Part shown: positions 8,372 through 17,989 of the stretch, piece after piece
How positions within the stretch are numbered: position 1 is the first letter of the stretch
Layout of the letters: every line of letters starts with the position of its first letter
Origin: Ignavibacteria bacterium
GTDB lineage: Bacteria > Bacteroidota > Ignavibacteria > Tepidaquicellales > OLB5
Length of the DNA stretch: 37,042 nt
Direction of reading: 5' to 3'
Assembly: GCA_030835005.1 (NCBI GenBank)
Contig: JAUQWT010000293.1
Span: 1 to 37,042 of the forward strand
Translations under genes and position numbers: made by a program
Notes under the pieces: generated by a model
Database searches by the model: none
The model's input: only the letters and a program-made list of their open reading frames with translations
Told to the model about the DNA's origin: nothing

Positions 8372-10384
8372 TTGATACTATCACACAAATACATATATAT
8401 ATTAATATTTTTTCTTATTTCCTGTACTGAACATTGCTATAGCCAGTCTGGGAAATATGAAACTGATGAAGTAAATTTTGTTTTTAAGAAGACCGAAACT
8501 TTCTCAGACGCAGCCCTGGCTGATATCCTGCTGCTTCCAAAGGAAAAATACTTTAACCGCATAAACCTTGAAGAAGACCTTCAGAGACTGAACAAGTTCT
8601 ATTTTGATAATGGTTTCTTCGACGTAATGATCGATACTTCAACAACTGTAGTTGAAGAAGATAAACAGGTAAACGTAAAATTTACAATCATCGAGAATTC
8701 AAGATACACAGTAAGAGAGATCAAACTAACCGGCCTTGAAAAGATCACTGATGGTGCAAAAAGTGAGATTTCTCAAAATAAACTTATTAATCCCGGAGAC
8801 CCATACATAAAAAATGCCGTCTCTCTTGAAAAGGACAGAATTATAGGGATATTACAGGATAATGGCTATTATTTCGCACAGATAGATACAGTCATAAGCA
8901 AAATTGATTCTTCAAGGCGCGGGATAATTATCGGAAAGTATTCTGATGAACTTCAAAAGAATCCGGAATTTAAGAGCAAGGTTCTCATCAGGATGCGGTT
9001 TATCGGTACAAATGATATATATAAATTCGGCACAAACAATATCTATATTGATAAGAACAAATACAACATTGGCCAGAATGTAATAGAGCGGGAACTGAGA
9101 TTCAAAACCGGTGAAACTTTCAGCAGGAGTAAAATGCTTGAGAGTGAAAGGAACTTTACAAAACTTGCCATAATCCAGCTGGGAAGAGTGCTTGTGGATT
9201 CTGTGGATTTGAATAGCAAAACCGTTAATACAAAAGTATCGATAGCTCTTAATAATAAATATGAGCTTACTCCAAGCATTTCTGCAGTTTATCAATCCAA
9301 CAGACTATTTGGAAATGCCGGGATTGAATATAAAGACAAGGACTTTTTTGGCGGGGGAAGGGTATTTTCGGTTTCATTGGAAGGTTTATACAACTCTGTG
9401 AATGCAAATGCCGTGGTGCTTGGATTTTCTTTGTTCCAGCCATTCTTGTTCAATAACGATATAACTGCAACTTTAACACCGCAGTTTGCTCTCATTAATT
9501 TTGACGAGAATATTGAGTATGTAACATCTCAAAACCTGTTGAGGCTTACATATCACATTGCTGATTTTACTTTTTACAGTGATGCGTATTCAGATCTTAC
9601 ATTTGATTACGTAACCACCAGGGCCAAAAAAGATTTTGTCTTGGATAGTACACAATATTTCAAAGGCGAAAAGAGCTATTCAGTCAACAGCATTCTGGGC
9701 TTAACACTTCTCCACAGGAATACAAACAACCTGTTTAATCCTTCTCAGGGGACTTTCCAAACCATATCAGTAGAATCTGCAGGAGCTCTGCCAAGGTTCC
9801 TTTCTATTTTTAACAAAAGCCTGAACTACTCACAGTACATTAAACTTAGTACAATAAACAGCATTTACCAGGATATCTCAGGCGGGAGAGCAGAAACAAT
9901 ACTTGCAGGCCATCTAGAAATTGGAGACATCATCGAATATGGCCTTGGAGAGAATGTTATCCCGGTTATTCCACTATATAAGTTCTATATGGGCGGAGGA
10001 AACAGCCTGCGCGGATGGCGCGCCCAGACTGGGGGAATTCTTGATGACCCTTCACAAGGAGGCAACTTTCTGATCGAAGGAAGTTTTGAGCTTAGAAGAA
10101 AACCTTTCCCTGCAAGAAGTTTTCTGAATCCCTTGTGGGGAGTTATTTTTCTTGACTGGGGCAATGTTTGGGAAAGCGGAGGGAAGTTCCGAGCGGATCA
10201 AATTGCCTTATCCACAGGATTTGGAATCCGCTATGACACTTTTGTTGGGCCGGTAAGAATAGACGTTGGCTTTAAACTCTACGATCCGCTTGGAGGAGTT
10301 GGAAACAAGTGGCTTTGGAACAAACCATCGGATATTTTCAAAAATAAATATGCCATTCAGTTTGGTTTAGGAAATGCATTCTGA
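8372..10384 (+). CDS. Omp85/BamA-family outer membrane protein (POTRA repeats plus surface-antigen beta-barrel)
   Basis: Signal peptide, POTRA-like repeats (LEEDLQRLNKFYFDNGFFDV, LEKDRIIGILQDNGYYFAQI), a C-terminal barrel containing GGGNSLRGW, and a terminal ...FGLGNAF beta-signal ending in Phe. TTG start. Confidence 0.8.
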   Translation: MILSHKYIYILIFFLISCTEHCYSQSGKYETDEVNFVFKKTETFSDAALADILLLPKEKYFNRINLEEDLQRLNKFYFDNGFFDVMIDTSTTVVEEDKQVNVKFTIIENSRYTVREIKLTGLEKITDGAKSEISQNKLINPGDPYIKNAVSLEKDRIIGILQDNGYYFAQIDTVISKIDSSRRGIIIGKYSDELQKNPEFKSKVLIRMRFIGTNDIYKFGTNNIYIDKNKYNIGQNVIERELRFKTGETFSRSKMLESERNFTKLAIIQLGRVLVDSVDLNSKTVNTKVSIALNNKYELTPSISAVYQSNRLFGNAGIEYKDKDFFGGGRVFSVSLEGLYNSVNANAVVLGFSLFQPFLFNNDITATLTPQFALINFDENIEYVTSQNLLRLTYHIADFTFYSDAYSDLTFDYVTTRAKKDFVLDSTQYFKGEKSYSVNSILGLTLLHRNTNNLFNPSQGTFQTISVESAGALPRFLSIFNKSLNYSQYIKLSTINSIYQDISGGRAETILAGHLEIGDIIEYGLGENVIPVIPLYKFYMGGGNSLRGWRAQTGGILDDPSQGGNFLIEGSFELRRKPFPARSFLNPLWGVIFLDWGNVWESGGKFRADQIALSTGFGIRYDTFVGPVRIDVGFKLYDPLGGVGNKWLWNKPSDIFKNKYAIQFGLGNAF

Positions 10385-10386
10385 TA

Positions 10387-11514
10387 ATGTGGAATAATAT
10401 TACAGGTCAGGCAGATACAATTACAAAACTTAAATCTATATTCAAGACTCGTAAGATAAGTCATGCATATCTATTTGAAGGAAATGATGGTGTTGGTAAA
10501 GACGCTGCAGCTATCGAATTCTCAAAACTTCTTAATTGTACAAATCTTGTTAACGGTGATGAAGCATGTGATAAATGTGATAACTGCAAAAAAATCACAT
10601 CTCTGCGTTCAGAATATTTTAAGATGATATTTGCTCTTCCTGCAGGGAAAAATGATGATTCGGATTCAGATCCTATAGAGAAGCTGGCTAGCTCAGATTT
10701 TGAAGCTTATATGGAGCAGCTTGAACTAAAAAGCGAAAATCCTTATTATAAAATTTCACTGTCAAATGCTAATAACATAAGGATTAGCAGTATCCGCGAT
10801 CTTGTGAGTAAAATATATCTTTCGGCCCCTGCCGGCATTACAAAAGTTTTCGTAATTTCAGAATCAGACAAGATGCGCAATGAAGCAGCAAATGCACTTC
10901 TTAAGATACTCGAAGAACCCCCAAAGAACAGTGTGATAATTCTGACAACTTCAAAGTTGAATTCTTTGCCTCAAACAATAATAGGAAGATGCCAAAGGAT
11001 TCATTTCGAATCCTTAACACCGGAGCAAATTTCTGTGAAACTAAAAGCCAATGCTGATTATCCTGCTAAGCAGATAGAACTTGCTTCAAAGATCAGTTTT
11101 GGAAGTTATTCAAGGGCAGCAGTGCTTCTTGAAATGGGAGTAGATGACCTGAGGAATAGAGCAATCGAATACATGATATCCCTTCTAAAAAATGATTTTG
11201 CCGAAGTTGTTACTATATCACGTTCAATCTCAGTTAAGAATGATAAGGAAAAGGTAAGGAATTTTCTTTTCTTTATGAATGTTTGGATACGGGATTTGCT
11301 CAGAGTCAGAAATCAATCAGCAGGATTTGAAGCAGAATTAATAAATAGTGATCTGGCGGAACGATTAGTAAAACTTAACAGCAATTTCCCTAATTCAGAT
11401 ATTTTTTCAATAATTCTGGATTTGGAAGAAGCGGAAAAACTCATTGGGCAAAATGTTTCTCTCGCATTGATACTTATCAACCTTTCAATAAAACTCAAAA
11501 GACACTTCAACTAG
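10387..11514 (+). CDS. holB: DNA polymerase III delta' subunit
   Basis: ISHAYLFEGNDGVGKDAAAIEFSKLLNC, zinc module CDKCDNCKK, ALLKILEEPP and the sensor block RCQRIHF. Confidence 0.8.
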   Translation: MWNNITGQADTITKLKSIFKTRKISHAYLFEGNDGVGKDAAAIEFSKLLNCTNLVNGDEACDKCDNCKKITSLRSEYFKMIFALPAGKNDDSDSDPIEKLASSDFEAYMEQLELKSENPYYKISLSNANNIRISSIRDLVSKIYLSAPAGITKVFVISESDKMRNEAANALLKILEEPPKNSVIILTTSKLNSLPQTIIGRCQRIHFESLTPEQISVKLKANADYPAKQIELASKISFGSYSRAAVLLEMGVDDLRNRAIEYMISLLKNDFAEVVTISRSISVKNDKEKVRNFLFFMNVWIRDLLRVRNQSAGFEAELINSDLAERLVKLNSNFPNSDIFSIILDLEEAEKLIGQNVSLALILINLSIKLKRHFN

Positions 11515-11577
11515 ATCTAACAATAATTTCAGCATTTTGCAGTCACTTGCTTAACTCCGGATCAAGTATTAAACTCT

Positions 11578-12555
11578 CTACTTGGACATGAATGTGTATT
11601 GATCCCCAATTTCCAAAATTTTTATCCTTTCTGATTCCTTATTTTTTACTTTTAATTCTTCAAATACGTAAACAGGTTCTATTGGATCGGCCTGAGCAAA
11701 TTGAAGAGTACCGTAATGTATAGGAATCATCCAATTGGGATTAATATCTTTAAAAATTTCAAAAGCATCAACAGGGAAAACATGATTGAATGTTCCGCAC
11801 TGCCTGCAGTCAGCACAGGGCCCAATTGGTATTAATGCCAGATCAATATCGAATAATTTACCCAGCTTCTTAAACTTCGTCGAATCATAACCTGTATCAC
11901 CCGCAAAGTAGACTGTCATTCCGTTGTATTGAATTATATAGCCAGTATATGAGTTATCATCCCAAAGATACCCGTCGAAACCGTATCTCCCTCCCCAGTG
12001 CTGTGCATAAACGGCAGTGATCTTCACTCCATTGACCAGAGTTGTTTCGCCGGTTATTTCATTTTCATATCCTTTGTTGTTTCCAAGCCTAATAAAATTC
12101 ATATCATAATCGGGCAGATAATTCTCCAGATCTTTTGGGAAAACAAGTGAAGTTCCTTTACCCTTTTTTTCAAGCATCTGCAGGCTTCCATAGCTCAGGT
12201 GATCAAAGTGCGAGTGTGAAATAAGAACTATGTCACATTTGGGGATATTTTCAGGGTCGATTCCCGGTTCAACAATTCTTCTTGCAAATTCTCCCACTGT
12301 TTCAGTCAAAAACGGGTCAGTAATAATCACTTTATCATCCATCTGAAGAAGTACAGTTGCGTGGCCGATCCAAAGTGCCGATAGCCGTGCATCCCTCTTA
12401 ATCGGCTGCTTAATCTTGTCTGTGACTTTCCGGGGTTCCGAAAAGAATACCGGGACGTTTCTCACGGCAACTAAAAGCATATTACAGGAAATTGCTGATG
12501 CTGAAATAATAATAATGGCAAGCAGTACGATATTACGCAGAATCTTTTTATTCAT
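11578..12555 (-). CDS. MBL-fold metallo-hydrolase (COG2220 / NAPE-PLD-like) with an N-terminal signal or anchor
   Basis: Motif LISHSHFDHL, a later AGDTGY block, and an N-terminal hydrophobic segment. Confidence 0.75.
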   Translation of the reverse strand: MNKKILRNIVLLAIIIISASAISCNMLLVAVRNVPVFFSEPRKVTDKIKQPIKRDARLSALWIGHATVLLQMDDKVIITDPFLTETVGEFARRIVEPGIDPENIPKCDIVLISHSHFDHLSYGSLQMLEKKGKGTSLVFPKDLENYLPDYDMNFIRLGNNKGYENEITGETTLVNGVKITAVYAQHWGGRYGFDGYLWDDNSYTGYIIQYNGMTVYFAGDTGYDSTKFKKLGKLFDIDLALIPIGPCADCRQCGTFNHVFPVDAFEIFKDINPNWMIPIHYGTLQFAQADPIEPVYVFEELKVKNKESERIKILEIGDQYTFMSK

Positions 12556-12608
12556 TTAGTAGAAATATTTCAGTAACAATTATTGATTCATTTATATAAA
12601 TTTGCTAA

Positions 12609-13436
12609 ATGAAGAAAAAGGCCTCGCTTATAATATCAGTTTATAAGAAAATACGTGAACTGGAATTGATTTTAAATGCCTTAAGAATTCAGACTTTTAA
12701 GGGATTTGAAGTGCTTATAGCCGATGACGGTTCAGGTGATGAATTGAGCAAATTCATATTGGATTTCAAAAAAACAAGCGATTTGGATATTACCCATGTG
12801 TTTCAGGATGATTCCGGCTTCAGAAAGAATAAGATCTTGAACAAAGCCATAAGAAACTCTAATTACGACTATTTGATATTTATTGACGGTGACTGTATTC
12901 CTCATAGCGATTTTGTGAGGCAGCATTTGTTGCACAGGAAAACCAATACTGTTCTTAGCGGCAGAAGGGTTAATTTGAGTAAGTCATTATCAGACCAAAT
13001 ATCTGTAGACAGAGTAATTAATAAAGATTACGAAAAGATAAGACTTAAGCATGTATTAGACTCGTGGAGGAAAAATGACAGGACTACCTATATTGAAGAA
13101 GGCTTGTTGATCAAGAACAAAATTCTAAGGAAGCTATTTTCTAAGAAAGAGATCCACATTGTGGGCTGTAATTTTTCGCTGGATAAGCAATTGATTGAAA
13201 AGATAAATGGTTTCGATGAAAATTATGTGGGACCCGGATATGGCGAAGACTCTGATATTGAGTTAAGGCTAAGAAGAGCAGGTGCCGGTTTGAAATCGGT
13301 ACGGAATCTTGCAGTGATTTTTCATATTCATCACAGCATTACAAAACCGTCCTCCAAAAATGCTTATTATTATAAAACAGCTCTTGAGAGCGACAGATAC
13401 ATTTGCAGTAATGGACTCAGGAATCTTAAACAATAA
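12609..13436 (+). CDS. Glycosyltransferase family 2
   Basis: ASLIISVYKK...LIADDGS, IFIDGDCIP (DxD), and GFDENYVGPGYGEDSDIELRL. Confidence 0.8.
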   Translation: MKKKASLIISVYKKIRELELILNALRIQTFKGFEVLIADDGSGDELSKFILDFKKTSDLDITHVFQDDSGFRKNKILNKAIRNSNYDYLIFIDGDCIPHSDFVRQHLLHRKTNTVLSGRRVNLSKSLSDQISVDRVINKDYEKIRLKHVLDSWRKNDRTTYIEEGLLIKNKILRKLFSKKEIHIVGCNFSLDKQLIEKINGFDENYVGPGYGEDSDIELRLRRAGAGLKSVRNLAVIFHIHHSITKPSSKNAYYYKTALESDRYICSNGLRNLKQ

Positions 13437-13441
13437 CACAC

Positions 13442-13939
13442 TTAATAATATTTAAAATAGATTCCCATATTATATCTGCTAATTCCATTCTGATTATAAT
13501 TGAATTTCAATCCTAACATTCCATAGAAAGAAAATATTCCCGCTTCAAAAGTAATACCTTCCCTTAATATTCCGCTTTCAGTTTTCTGAGAGAAATATCC
13601 TGCACCCACAGATACGGCAAGGTATTCTCCATTTTGTGCAACCGGCAAAACCAATCTTATGCCGGTTTTGTAACTGAATTTCTTCAGTTCTGAATACTTA
13701 TATTTTCCAACAATTAAAGAAGGCTGGAAAAAGATCTCTGCAGATCCTGAGAATTTTTTGATAGGTTTAATATAGAAAAAACTCAGATTTGAAACGTACT
13801 TATTGACTTTGAACGAATACGAAAGTGGAATCACCTGCCACTCCAAACCAAATTTCAAGCGTGAATTCTCGCTATTCCTGTCTTCAAAAAAAGTTGGTGA
13901 AGGAATTGCCTGAAGAAGTGCCCAGCTGCCCCACTTCAA
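13442..13939 (-). CDS. Hypothetical protein, probably a small outer-membrane beta-barrel. The true start is likely upstream of the tracked TTG.
   Basis: Alternating hydrophobic/aromatic pattern and a terminal ...GIYFKYY aromatic beta-signal. The in-frame upstream sequence encodes a signal-peptide-like KIKKFPVIFSLLFLLISQ (see findings). Confidence 0.5.
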   Translation of the reverse strand: MKWGSWALLQAIPSPTFFEDRNSENSRLKFGLEWQVIPLSYSFKVNKYVSNLSFFYIKPIKKFSGSAEIFFQPSLIVGKYKYSELKKFSYKTGIRLVLPVAQNGEYLAVSVGAGYFSQKTESGILREGITFEAGIFSFYGMLGLKFNYNQNGISRYNMGIYFKYY

Positions 13940-14125
13940 AATGGGATTATATTCCCTTATTTGAGAGTCGATTTGACTGATAAGCAGGAATAAAAGTGAG
14001 AATATGACCGGAAATTTTTTAATTTTTATAATTTTAAGTACTTTATGAAATTTGGTTATTCAATTATACATTTATATTAATTACTTTTAAAGTTATTTTT
14101 GTAATTCACCGAAAATTAATCTAAT

Positions 14126-15202
14126 ATGTACGAATATTCCGGGGCAGTGCATATTCACTCAATCTATTCTGATGGAACCGGTAAGATCGAAGATATTGCA
14201 AAAGCAGCCTTTGATTCTGGCCTGGATTTTATCATGATGACCGACCATAATACCTTAAAGCCTGTAAGTGACGGTTATAACAGGTGGATTAACGGAGTGT
14301 TAGTCATAATCGGGTACGAGATTAACGATTTGCAGAACAAAAACCACTACCTTGCATTTGGAATAGATGAAGTGATTGGCACTTATAAAGAATTGGATAA
14401 TGGAGAGCTTGGATGTAAGCTAAATGCCGAAGACTATGTGAAGCAGATCAAAGAAAGGGGTGGCATAGGCTTTCTGGCCCATCCTGATGAGCAGAGACAG
14501 CATCTTCCTGAGCACCCATCTTACCCATGGATCTCTGAAACTGAAGATTATACGGGGATTGAGATCTGGAATCACATGAGCGAATGGATCGAAGGAATGA
14601 ATGAGAGTAATAAAATTGATAGATTTCTCCATCCTTTAAAATCTATTGTAGCTCCCAACGAACGATCAATTAAGCGTTGGGATAAAGCAGCTGAAAAGAG
14701 ACATATTACGGCAATAGGTGGAGTAGATGCACATGCCCTAAAGCAAAACGTACTTGGGTTCTTTGAAGTTGAGATATTCGCATATAAAGTATTGTTTAAA
14801 TCAGTTAGAACTCATGTATTGACTGATGAACCTATTGCAGCGAACAGTAAAGAAGATTATGAAACCGGGGTAAATTTGATTTTGGATGCACTTAAGAATG
14901 GGAAATGTTTCATTTCAAATCATTACTACGGAAGTGCAAAAGGATTCAGATTCTTTGCCGAATTTAGAGGAATAACCTGTAATATGGGAGATGATATTAC
15001 TAATATAGGCAGCCCGGTAATACTCAAAGTCTTAGTACCAAAGGAATGCAGAATAAGATTAATTCACAACGGAGTTTTAGTTGATGAGATAATTGCAATG
15101 AACGCTTCTTGGAATGCTGAAAAAGCGGGAATATACCGAGTGGAATGCTGGCAAGGTGATAAAGGATGGATATTTTCAAATCACATTAGATTAAACAACT
15201 AA
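14126..15202 (+). CDS. PHP-domain metal-dependent phosphoesterase (CehA/McbA-like)
   Basis: N-terminal GAVHIHSIYSDGTG, MMTDHN, LAHPD and GGVDAHA His/Asp clusters typical of PHP domains. Confidence 0.65.
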   Translation: MYEYSGAVHIHSIYSDGTGKIEDIAKAAFDSGLDFIMMTDHNTLKPVSDGYNRWINGVLVIIGYEINDLQNKNHYLAFGIDEVIGTYKELDNGELGCKLNAEDYVKQIKERGGIGFLAHPDEQRQHLPEHPSYPWISETEDYTGIEIWNHMSEWIEGMNESNKIDRFLHPLKSIVAPNERSIKRWDKAAEKRHITAIGGVDAHALKQNVLGFFEVEIFAYKVLFKSVRTHVLTDEPIAANSKEDYETGVNLILDALKNGKCFISNHYYGSAKGFRFFAEFRGITCNMGDDITNIGSPVILKVLVPKECRIRLIHNGVLVDEIIAMNASWNAEKAGIYRVECWQGDKGWIFSNHIRLNN

Positions 15203-15210
15203 TTCAAATT

Positions 15211-16782
15211 ATGGTATACGATATAAACCACGTAAATCGAATTGTAAAGATCAATGAAACTGAATCATCAAAAGAAGATTATTCTGATTTTGATGGTGAA
15301 GATAAGCCAAAAAGCAATTGTGCAATATTCGGTATATTCTCTCATCCGCAGGCTGCAGTTGTTACGTATTATGGCTTGCACTCTCAGCAGCACAGAGGAC
15401 AGGAAGCTTCCGGCATATGCACTTCTGAAAGACTTTCAGATAAGAAATACAGTTTTAATATTCATAAAGGTCACGGAATAGCTCTGAATGTGTTTGCAGG
15501 AAAAAATATTTTGAATAATGTTCTGAAAGGTACAGCAGCAATTGGGCATAACCGGTATTCTACTACCGGGGCGTCTGATAGCAGAAGCAACATCCAGCCT
15601 TTTAAAGTTAACTTCAAAGAAGGGCATCTCGCCTTATCGCATAACGGAAATTTCACCAATACAAAAGAACTAAGGGAAAAACTCCAAAACGAGGGGACTT
15701 TGTTCCAAACATCTACTGATAGTGAGATATTTCTGCATCTCATAGCCCGCTCAAGAGAAACAGAGATGATAGATAAGATCCTTGATGCGTCCAGGCAAGT
15801 TAGGGGAGCATATTCAATTGTATTACTTACAGATGATAAACTCTTCGCAATTAGGGACCCTTATGCCGTCAGGCCGCTTTCAATGGGTAAATTAGGCGAT
15901 AGTTTTGTATTTGCATCAGAAACATGCGCATTTGATATAAATAATGCAGAATATATAAGGGACTTGAAAGCAGGTGAAATTGTACAGATTGATGACGAAG
16001 TCATAAAATCCGGTAAAGAAAAATCTTACTTTATCGACAAAAGACCCGAAACGAAACACTGCATTTTCGAATACATTTATTTTTCCCGCCCGGATTCTAC
16101 TATCTTCGGAAATACTGTGGATAAAATAAGACGGAAACTTGGTAAAAACCTCTCCATAGAGAAGCCCGCTCCAAAAGCAAATATTAAAGATAAGAAAGTA
16201 GTTGTAATAAGCGTACCTGATTCCAGCAACACTGCAGCACTGGGATATGTAACTGAAACCATTAAAACTAATCCATATGTGAAACTTGAGCTTGGGCTCA
16301 TTAGAAGTCATTATATAGGCAGAACCTTTATTCAGCCGGGACAGGATAACCGCGAAATTAGAGTTAAGGCCAAATTCAATACTGTTAAATCTGTCCTGAA
16401 GAACAGGATTGTTGTAATAGTTGATGATTCTATTGTAAGAGGCACAACCGCGAAACTACTTGTAAAGCTGGTTAAGGAAGCCGGCCCGAAAGAAATTCAC
16501 CTGCGAATAACTTCACCCCCTATAATCTCTCCTTGCCACTACGGAATGGACTTTCCATCAAGGAATGAACTTGTCGCAAATCAATGTAATGATGACATGG
16601 AAAAAATAAGACAATTTCTTGATGTAGATTCAGTTGAATATCTTTCAATTGAGAAAATGCATCATTCAGTGCCGCAGGGGACTAATATCTTCGGAGAGAA
16701 AATCGGGTATTGTGATGCATGTTTCAGTGGTAATTATCCCATCCCAATTGAAGAGATTGAAAAAACTGAGTTTGAAGGTTAA
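15211..16782 (+). CDS. purF: Amidophosphoribosyltransferase (glutamine PRPP amidotransferase), Fe-S type
   Basis: Ntn catalytic Cys in CAIFGIF, GHNRYSTTG, PRPP loop VVIVDDSIVRGTT, and C-terminal Cys ligands (SPCHYGMDF, CDACFSGNYP). Confidence 0.92.
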   Translation: MVYDINHVNRIVKINETESSKEDYSDFDGEDKPKSNCAIFGIFSHPQAAVVTYYGLHSQQHRGQEASGICTSERLSDKKYSFNIHKGHGIALNVFAGKNILNNVLKGTAAIGHNRYSTTGASDSRSNIQPFKVNFKEGHLALSHNGNFTNTKELREKLQNEGTLFQTSTDSEIFLHLIARSRETEMIDKILDASRQVRGAYSIVLLTDDKLFAIRDPYAVRPLSMGKLGDSFVFASETCAFDINNAEYIRDLKAGEIVQIDDEVIKSGKEKSYFIDKRPETKHCIFEYIYFSRPDSTIFGNTVDKIRRKLGKNLSIEKPAPKANIKDKKVVVISVPDSSNTAALGYVTETIKTNPYVKLELGLIRSHYIGRTFIQPGQDNREIRVKAKFNTVKSVLKNRIVVIVDDSIVRGTTAKLLVKLVKEAGPKEIHLRITSPPIISPCHYGMDFPSRNELVANQCNDDMEKIRQFLDVDSVEYLSIEKMHHSVPQGTNIFGEKIGYCDACFSGNYPIPIEEIEKTEFEG

Positions 16783-16789
16783 AATTGGA

Positions 16790-17401
16790 TTATTTTCCCC
16801 TTAGAATTTCCCGGATCAGATCTTCAATTGAAGTATTCATGAATTCCGCATTTGAAGATACATTTCTCGCCATTTTGTCAGCTTCCAGCCTGTTGTAACC
16901 AAGGGCCATCAATGCCTGTATTATCTCAGATATTTTGCTCAGCACATTAAACTTTCCGTCATTTGCAATATGGACGGTGGTTCCTTGTTCCGCTTTTCCT
17001 ATCTTGTCTTTAAGTTCAAGAGTCAGGCGTTCAGCAGTCTTCTTTCCTACTCCAGGGATTGAAGTAAGCGGAAGATAATTACCCTTTGCAACCAGATCAA
17101 TGAATTCATTATAATTTATTGCAGAAAGTATTCCAAGCGCGGTTTTTGGACCTATACCTGTAATTGAGATTATCTGCTTGAAGCATTCTCTCTCGCTCTC
17201 ATCTGCAAATCCGTAGAGGATTATTCCAAAGGGATTCTCCTTAATATGCAAATGTGAAATAATGGTCACTTCGTCACCAATATTCCCCATCGAGTCAGAT
17301 GCAGTTACTGTAACATTAACCAGGTAACCAATGCCGTTTGATTCTACAATTGCCGACGTTGGCTTCTTATTGATCAGTTTTCCCTTTATATATTCTATCA
17401 T
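16790..17401 (-). CDS. ruvA: Holliday junction branch migration complex subunit RuvA
   Basis: MIEYIKGKL..., HhH motifs ITGIGPKTALGIL and IPGVGKKTAERL. Overlaps ruvC by 4 nt (ATGA). Confidence 0.9.
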   Translation of the reverse strand: MIEYIKGKLINKKPTSAIVESNGIGYLVNVTVTASDSMGNIGDEVTIISHLHIKENPFGIILYGFADESERECFKQIISITGIGPKTALGILSAINYNEFIDLVAKGNYLPLTSIPGVGKKTAERLTLELKDKIGKAEQGTTVHIANDGKFNVLSKISEIIQALMALGYNRLEADKMARNVSSNAEFMNTSIEDLIREILRGK

Positions 17402-17949
17402 TGCTTGAATTTTACTTTCGCGGGATTTTTAGAAACATAATCTTCCCAGCTGTTTGTTTTCTTCTTTACAGAACCGCTCATCATTTTGTAATGGTGGCAA
17501 ATCGCTACGGCAATAGCATCAGATATATCACTTTGCATTATTGTTTCCTGCTTAATTTTCAAAATGCTGCAAATCATGAATTTTACCTGATCCTTTGATG
17601 CAGCACCTCGTCCGGTAACTGACTTTTTGACTTCACGCGGAGAGTACTCAGTTGTCGGAATCTCCTTATTCACAGCTGCAAGAATTGAGACTCCCCTTGC
17701 ATGACCAAGTTTTAAAGTAGATTGAACATTCTTGCCGTAAAATGCAGTTTCTATTGCAAACTCATCCGGTTTAAAATTGTCAATTACATCTACAAGCGAA
17801 TCATAGATCTGTTTTAATCTGAGTGGGAGTGACTTTTGGGAAGGGATCTTTATTAATTCGCAATTAAGCAATTCAAGTTTTTCATTTACACCGCTTATTA
17901 CAGCAATTCCGGTAAAAAGTGTTCCGGGATCAACTCCAAGAATTATCAT
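17398..17949 (-). CDS. ruvC: Crossover junction endodeoxyribonuclease RuvC
   Basis: MIILGVDPGT..., EFAIETAFYGKNVQSTLKLGHARG, and DISDAIAVAICH. Confidence 0.9.
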   Translation of the reverse strand: MIILGVDPGTLFTGIAVISGVNEKLELLNCELIKIPSQKSLPLRLKQIYDSLVDVIDNFKPDEFAIETAFYGKNVQSTLKLGHARGVSILAAVNKEIPTTEYSPREVKKSVTGRGAASKDQVKFMICSILKIKQETIMQSDISDAIAVAICHHYKMMSGSVKKKTNSWEDYVSKNPAKVKFKQ

Positions 17950-17989
17950 TTTATTTACTTTTTACATTCGCTAGAATTGAACAACTTGC

